Shown here: piece after piece, positions 58,411 through 64,000 of the stretch
Layout: every line of letters begins with the position of its first letter
Position numbering within the stretch: position 1 is the first letter of the stretch
The notes under the pieces: generated by a model
What the model was told of the DNA's origin: nothing
Seen by the model: the letters and a program-made list of their open reading frames with translations, nothing else
Databases searched by the model: none
NCBI GenBank assembly: GCA_002269645.1
Contig: NIVC01001848.1
Coordinates: 1 to 64,000 of the forward strand
Length of the DNA: 64,000 bases
Direction of reading: 5' to 3'
From: Macrostomum lignano
Lineage: Eukaryota
Translations under genes and position numbers: made by a program

Positions 58411-59387
58411 AAATATCCACTGCCGTTCACACTTGCTCGAACACAATTGCGCGTGGTTCTAATTATCTATATAGTTGATCAGCCAGTAGTGCAATAGTCA
58501 TAATTATACCTGACAACGAGAGGCCAGCAGCCATCATCATCAACATGAGCTGCCTCATCTGTCAGCGTCCAGTCAAAGTCACTAGCGCGGCTGACTAACT
58601 ACGACCGTGCGAGAGTACTTCGCGTTGTAAACCCAGCCCCTACCGCGTGCAGCTGGTTGCAGGTCGGGAATGACCTCTGCAGGACTGAGACAGGCCACCG
58701 ATCAGGCCTGCAAAACACGGAAACGGTTTGGTCTAACCTGCACCACTGATGGGATTATTCATACAATCAATAGTTATTCTAATCCTACCTCCCTCTGACC
58801 CGGCTGAATTCTCATTGGTTTATTACACTCAGCAGTGTGCTTTTAAGGGGAGAGGGGCAGCGGGAGAATTGGACTCAGAATTGTCTGGTTCCGCAGGCAA
58901 CCCAGAACTGCGGCTACGGGGGGGGGGACTGGGGAGGAGGGCAAATGGGAAAAGCGTGTCTGTCTCTCTTGCTTTCTGCTTGCTGCACATTCTCTACCCC
59001 TCTCCCTCTCCCCCTTTCTCTCCCCGTCTCATCGCCCGCGCAACTTGCATGGAAAGGAGGAAACGGGCCAACAACAGGGCCAAGCAAAGACGGCTTTGAA
59101 AAAGCGAGAGTGTCCTAGATGGGATTTGGGAATTAAACAATCAGTAAAATAGAGAGAGTGTGTGTCTGTGAGCATCAATTTTTATTAGTCGAAGTTTACT
59201 GGCTTCAAATCGCAATTTAATCTCTGACGGTTCATTTTCCGTGCCTTCATACAGGGGTAAGACTTCTGCTGCCATTTTTTGACTGACATTATTTATTAAT
59301 CTACCTGGGCTTTTACCCTATAGATTCAGAAATCATCATGATTACAGTCAGAATCATCAATATTACAGTAAGAATCATCATTATAAC

Positions 59388-59938
59388 GGAGGGGGGTTTC
59401 ACAAACTCGAAATTTCACAACGTCGAAATTTCATAACATCGAAAACTCAAATAGCACCCACTTTCACAAGGTCGAAACTTCACAAGGTCGAAATTTCACA
59501 ACATCGAAAACTTTAGTAAGGGACTTCATAAGGTCGAAATTTCACAACATCGAAAACTTTAGCAAGAGACTTCATAAGGTCGAAATTTCACAAGGTCGAA
59601 ACTTCACAAGGTCGAAATTTCACAACATCGAAAACTTTAGTAAGGGAGTTCACAAGGTCGAAATTTCACAAGGTCGAAATTTCATAAGGTCGAAATTTCA
59701 CAAGGTCGAAATTTCACAACGTAAAAAACTACTGTATAGTTCTTGTTATATTAAATTTTCGACGTTGTGAAACTTCGAGCTTATGAAGTTTCGACCTTGT
59801 GAAAGTGGATGCTATCTGAGTTTTCTACGTTGTGAAATTTCGACCTTATGAAGTCCTTTGCTAAAGTTTTCGATGTTGTGAAATTTCGACCTTGTGAAAT
59901 TTCGACCTTGTGAAGTTTCGACCTTGTGAAAGCACCCC
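59388..59938. mobile_element. Foldback/Mutator-like element with tandem-repeat arms inserted in an agaatcatcat repeat
   Basis: Left arm of tttcacaaggtcgaaa repeats, right arm inverted; flanking direct repeat attataac (59380-59387 and 59939-59946). Confidence 0.75.
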
Positions 59939-60809
59939 ATTATAACAGTATAACAGAATCATCATGATAACAGTCAGAATCATCATTATTACAGTCAGAA
60001 TCATCATTATTACAGGCATAATTCGTCATGATTACAGGTATAACCATCATAGTTAAAGCCACAATCATCATAACTGATAGAAGATATACGATGACGTCAT
60101 CAGATGAAAAATAAAGTTTTCTTGGTCAGTTCTGCTTTTGAAAGAAAAGTGTAGCAGCCTCAGTGAATAGCTAGCAGCCATGGCCACACTGCAGCTATTT
60201 ATTGATGCTCGCGTATAACAGATGGAAGACGGAATACATTGACAGAGAAAAAAAGGAAAACAGAACTGCAACTTTCCTTCTTTTGCCGACAGAATTGCTT
60301 TGCCAACCCTTTCCACCTCTAATCTCCCTTTCTTCCTTCCTTATTCCCCTCCCTCCCTTTCTCCACCCTCGGGGGAGATGGTGGTGTCCGGAATCTGTGC
60401 TCCCGTGGCCAGACTAACTAGCTCTGGACTCTGTCGAGTTTGTCGATACAAAACTGAGAGACAGTCGGACAAGTCGAGATGAAGAGGAGAGAGACTTTTT
60501 TAGGGGGCGGGGGCCGAGCATATTCGAAAAAAGAAGGCATTTTTAGTTGCTAAGCGCCCCCCTGGCTCTCAACGTCGGCATCAGCAAGCAAATTCGTGGA
60601 TGGAATCGCTGATGGGAACAGGGTTGGGATGAGTTGGGGGCGGCGCGGTTAATGCGGCTGAGCACGCCAGTGAAGGGCGAATCTGCGTGAGCAATAGCGT
60701 GACTTATTGCAGCACACTGCTGGCCAGCGCATTCGCTTGTGTTTACCTGCAGTGTAATTAGCTGTCCGACTTTGTAAAGCGAATCCACAGCTACTTATGG
60801 CACTTCTAT

Positions 60810-61255
60810 GCTTCTAAATGGGCGTCCTCTATTCTTCTAATGGCACCCTCATGCTCCTAATGGCACCCACTATGATTCTAATGGCGCTTCTATGCTTCTA
60901 ATGGGGGCCACTATGCTTCTAATGGCACCCTCTATGTTTCTAATGTCACCCTCTATGTTTCTAATGGCGCCCTCTATGCTTCTAATCGCACCCTCTTTGC
61001 TTCTGATGGCGTCCTCTATGTTTCTAATGACGCCCTCTATGTTTCTAATGACGCCCTCTCTAATGGCGCCCTCTATGCTTCTAATCGCGTCCTCTATGCT
61101 TCTAATAGCGCCCTCTATGCTTCTAATGGGGGCCGCTATGCTTCTAATGGGGGGCGCTATGCTTCTAATGGCACCCTCTATGCTTCTAATGGCACCCTCT
61201 ATGCTTCTAATGGCACCCTCTATGGGGGCCGCTATGCTTCTAATGGCGCCCTCTT
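60810..61255. repeat. 21-bp minisatellite
   Basis: atggcaccctctatgcttcta variants. Confidence 0.9.
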
Positions 61256-61959
61256 TGCTTCTTCTCGACGCCGCTTTGAAGCATAACTGCTCAGCGTCGT
61301 CTCTTAAATCCAACTCAAGAGGGACTCACACAGCATTATGAGTAGCACTATAATTTCTTGTTTCTTGCTTGCTTCTATGCAAGCAGGGAAAGCCGCAGCG
61401 TCACGAACTTTCTGCTGCTGCTCCCAGTTTGGGGGGGGGGATAATCCTAATCGGGGAAAAGCTTAATTTAGCGTGAAAATAACCAAGTGCGGTGAGCACA
61501 TCTCGAAGAGCCCATATGCTCGTAAGCTACTTACGCACGAGTATACAAGCATGTTAAAAGCTATGCAGGGCTCTAAGCGTCAATCAAAACTAAAAAAAGC
61601 AATATCGATCTTACTCATGTTCTTCTTTAGCAAATAAGCTTGTCGAATAAGTTTAACCACGAGTTTCTGTCTGCTGACACGCCGACTAGCGGATTAACAG
61701 ATATCATGACGGCTGCTTATCTATGAGCTCAATTGGAGATACTATTGACCAAATCCGCTGTGTCAACAATGCCCACTGCATAGCGATCACCAGTGATCGA
61801 TCGATAGTTCCCTTCTGCGATTTCAGGGAAGCTTAATCCCGGGATCACTAGCTGCCTGTCATTCACCTTTGCTTCTTCTCTTCCTCGATTTCTCATCCCT
61901 TCTCAGTCTCTAAGCCTCCAGTCCTGTCATTTTTCGCTCACTGCTAGACTCAACCCAGC

Positions 61960-64000
61960 CTGTCTGTTATCTCTCACAATGTCTCAGCCCCCTGTGTGTG
62001 TTATCTCTCTCAATGTCTCAGCCCCCCTGTGTGTGTTATCTCTCTCAATGTCTCAGCCCCCCTGTGTGTGTTATCTCTCTCAATGTCTCAGCCCCCTGTG
62101 TGTGTTATCTCTCTCAATGTCTCAACCCCCCCCCCTGTGTGTGTTATCTCTCTCAATGTCTCAACCCCCCCTGTGTGTGTTATCTCTCTCAATGTCTCAA
62201 CCCCCCCTGTGTGTGTTATCTCTCTCAATGTCTCAACCCCCCCTGTGTGTGTTATCTCTCTCAATGTCTCAACCCCCCCTGTGTGTGTTATCTCTCACAA
62301 TATCTCAGCTCCCTGTGTGTGTTATCTCTCACAATGTCTCAGCCCCCTGTGTGTGTTATCTCTCACAATGTATCATCCCCCCCGTGTGTGTGTTATCCTT
62401 CACAATGTCTCAACCCCCCCTGTGTGTGTTATCTCTCTCAATGTATCATCCCCCCGTGTGTGTTATCTCTCACAATGTATTATCCCCCCGTGTGTGTGTT
62501 ATCTCTCACAATGTCTCAGCCCCCTGTGTGTGTTATCTCTCACAATGTCTCAGCCCCTGTGTGTGTTATCTCTCACAATGTATCATCCCCCCGTGTGTGT
62601 TATCTCTCACAATGTCTCAACCCCCCCTGTGTGTGTTATCTCTCTCAATGTATCATCCCCCCGTGTGTGTTATCTCTCACAATGTATCATCCCCCTGTGT
62701 GTGTTATCTCTCACAATGTCTCAGCCCCCTGTGTGTGTTATCTCTCACAATGTATCATCCCCCTGTGTGTGTTATCTCTCACAATGTCTCAGCCCCCCTG
62801 TGTGTGTTATCTCTCACAATGTCTCATCCCCCCGTGTGTGTTATCTCTCACAATGTCTCAACCCCCCCCTGTGTGTGTTATCTCTCTCAATGTATCATCC
62901 CCCCGTGTGTGTTATCTCTCACAATGTATCATCCCCCTGTGTGTGTTATCTCTCTCAATGTCTCAGCCCCCTGTGTGTGTTATCTCTCACAATGTATCAT
63001 CCCCCTGTGTGTGTTATCTCTCACAATGTCTCAGCCCCCTGTGTGTGTTATCTCTCACAATGTCTCAGCCCCCCTGTGTGTGTTATCTCTCACAATGTCT
63101 CATCCCCCCGTGTGTGTGTTATCTCTCTCAATGTCTCAACCCCCCCTGTGTGTGTTATTTCTCACAATGTATCATCCCCCTGTGTGTGTTATCTCTCACA
63201 ATGTCTCAGCCCCCTGTGTGTGTTATCTCTCACAATGTGTCATCCCCCTGTGTGTGTTATCTCTCACAATGTCTCAGCCCCCTGTGTGTGTTATCTCTCA
63301 CAATGTCTCAACCCCTGTATGTGTTATCTCTCACAATGTCTCAGCCCCTGTGTTTGTTATCCTTCACAATGTCTTAACCCCCCTTTGTGTTATCTCTCAC
63401 AATGTCTCAACCCCCTGTCTGTTATCTTTCACAATGTCTCAACCCCCTGTCTGTTATCCTTCACAATGTCTCAACCCCCCTGTGTGTGTTATCTTTCACA
63501 ATGTCTCAACCCCCTGTCTGTTATCCTTCACAATGTATTATCCCCCCGTGTGTGTGTTATCTGTCACAATGTCTCAACCCCCTGTCTGTTATCCTTCACA
63601 ATGTCTCATCCCCTGTGTGTGTTATCTGTCACAATGTCTCAACCCCCCTGTCTGTTATCTTTCACAATGTCTCAACCCCCTGTCTGTTATCTTTCACAAT
63701 GTCTCAACCCCCTGTCTGTTATCTTTCACAATGTCTCAACCCCCTGTCTGTTATCTTTCACAATGTCTCAACCCCCTGTCTGTTATCTGTCACAATGTCT
63801 CTTCCCTTGTGTGTGTTATCTGTCACAATGTCTCAACCCCCCTGTCTGTTATCTTTCACAATGTCTCAACCCCCTGTCTGTTATCTGTCACAATGTCTCA
63901 TCCCCTGTGTGTGTTATCTGTCACAATGTCTCAACCCCCCTGTCTGTTATCTTTCACAATGTCTCAACCCCCTGTCTGTTATCTGTCACAATGTCTCATC
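61960..64000. repeat. Over 2-kb 31-33-bp minisatellite running off the window
   Basis: tgtgtgttatctctcacaatgtctcagccccc variants. Confidence 0.97.

Noticed and set aside
58512-58709. Exon-like minus-strand segment with good acceptor and donor
   Set aside because: All three frames contain stops, and its ATG frame is phase-incompatible with the tentative CAMSAP exon; possibly a non-coding exon, unverified.
61998-63377. 459-aa Cys-rich ORF
   Set aside because: Translation of a 31-33-bp minisatellite; no domain or splice support.

Overview
Eukaryotic (metazoan) genomic DNA with GT-AG introns, GC-rich exons and a very high density of minisatellites, MITEs and SINEs. The style resembles the flatworm Macrostomum, but that is inference only. 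Spliced models rebuilt by hand, with phases checked: a minus-strand run of IDH3B, ATP synthase delta, an RBM4/lark-like RRM protein and a probable CCDC115/Vma22 start at the left edge; a plus-strand nuclear receptor (about 507 aa); a minus-strand CAMSAP/Patronin. Mobile DNA: an intact two-exon Crypton-type tyrosine recombinase gene (461 aa) surrounded by TATGG/CCATA motifs and a perfect 36-bp hairpin; a mariner with perfect TIRs and an in-frame deletion of most of its catalytic core; two decayed Tc1/mariner elements; hAT-like and foldback MITEs; two SINE families. Most long ORFs in the supplied track are readthroughs of tandem repeats. Best leads: the Crypton-like element with its candidate site array, a candidate trans-spliced operon, the in-frame-deleted mariner, and a possibly spliceable QQIPQ repeat in CAMSAP.
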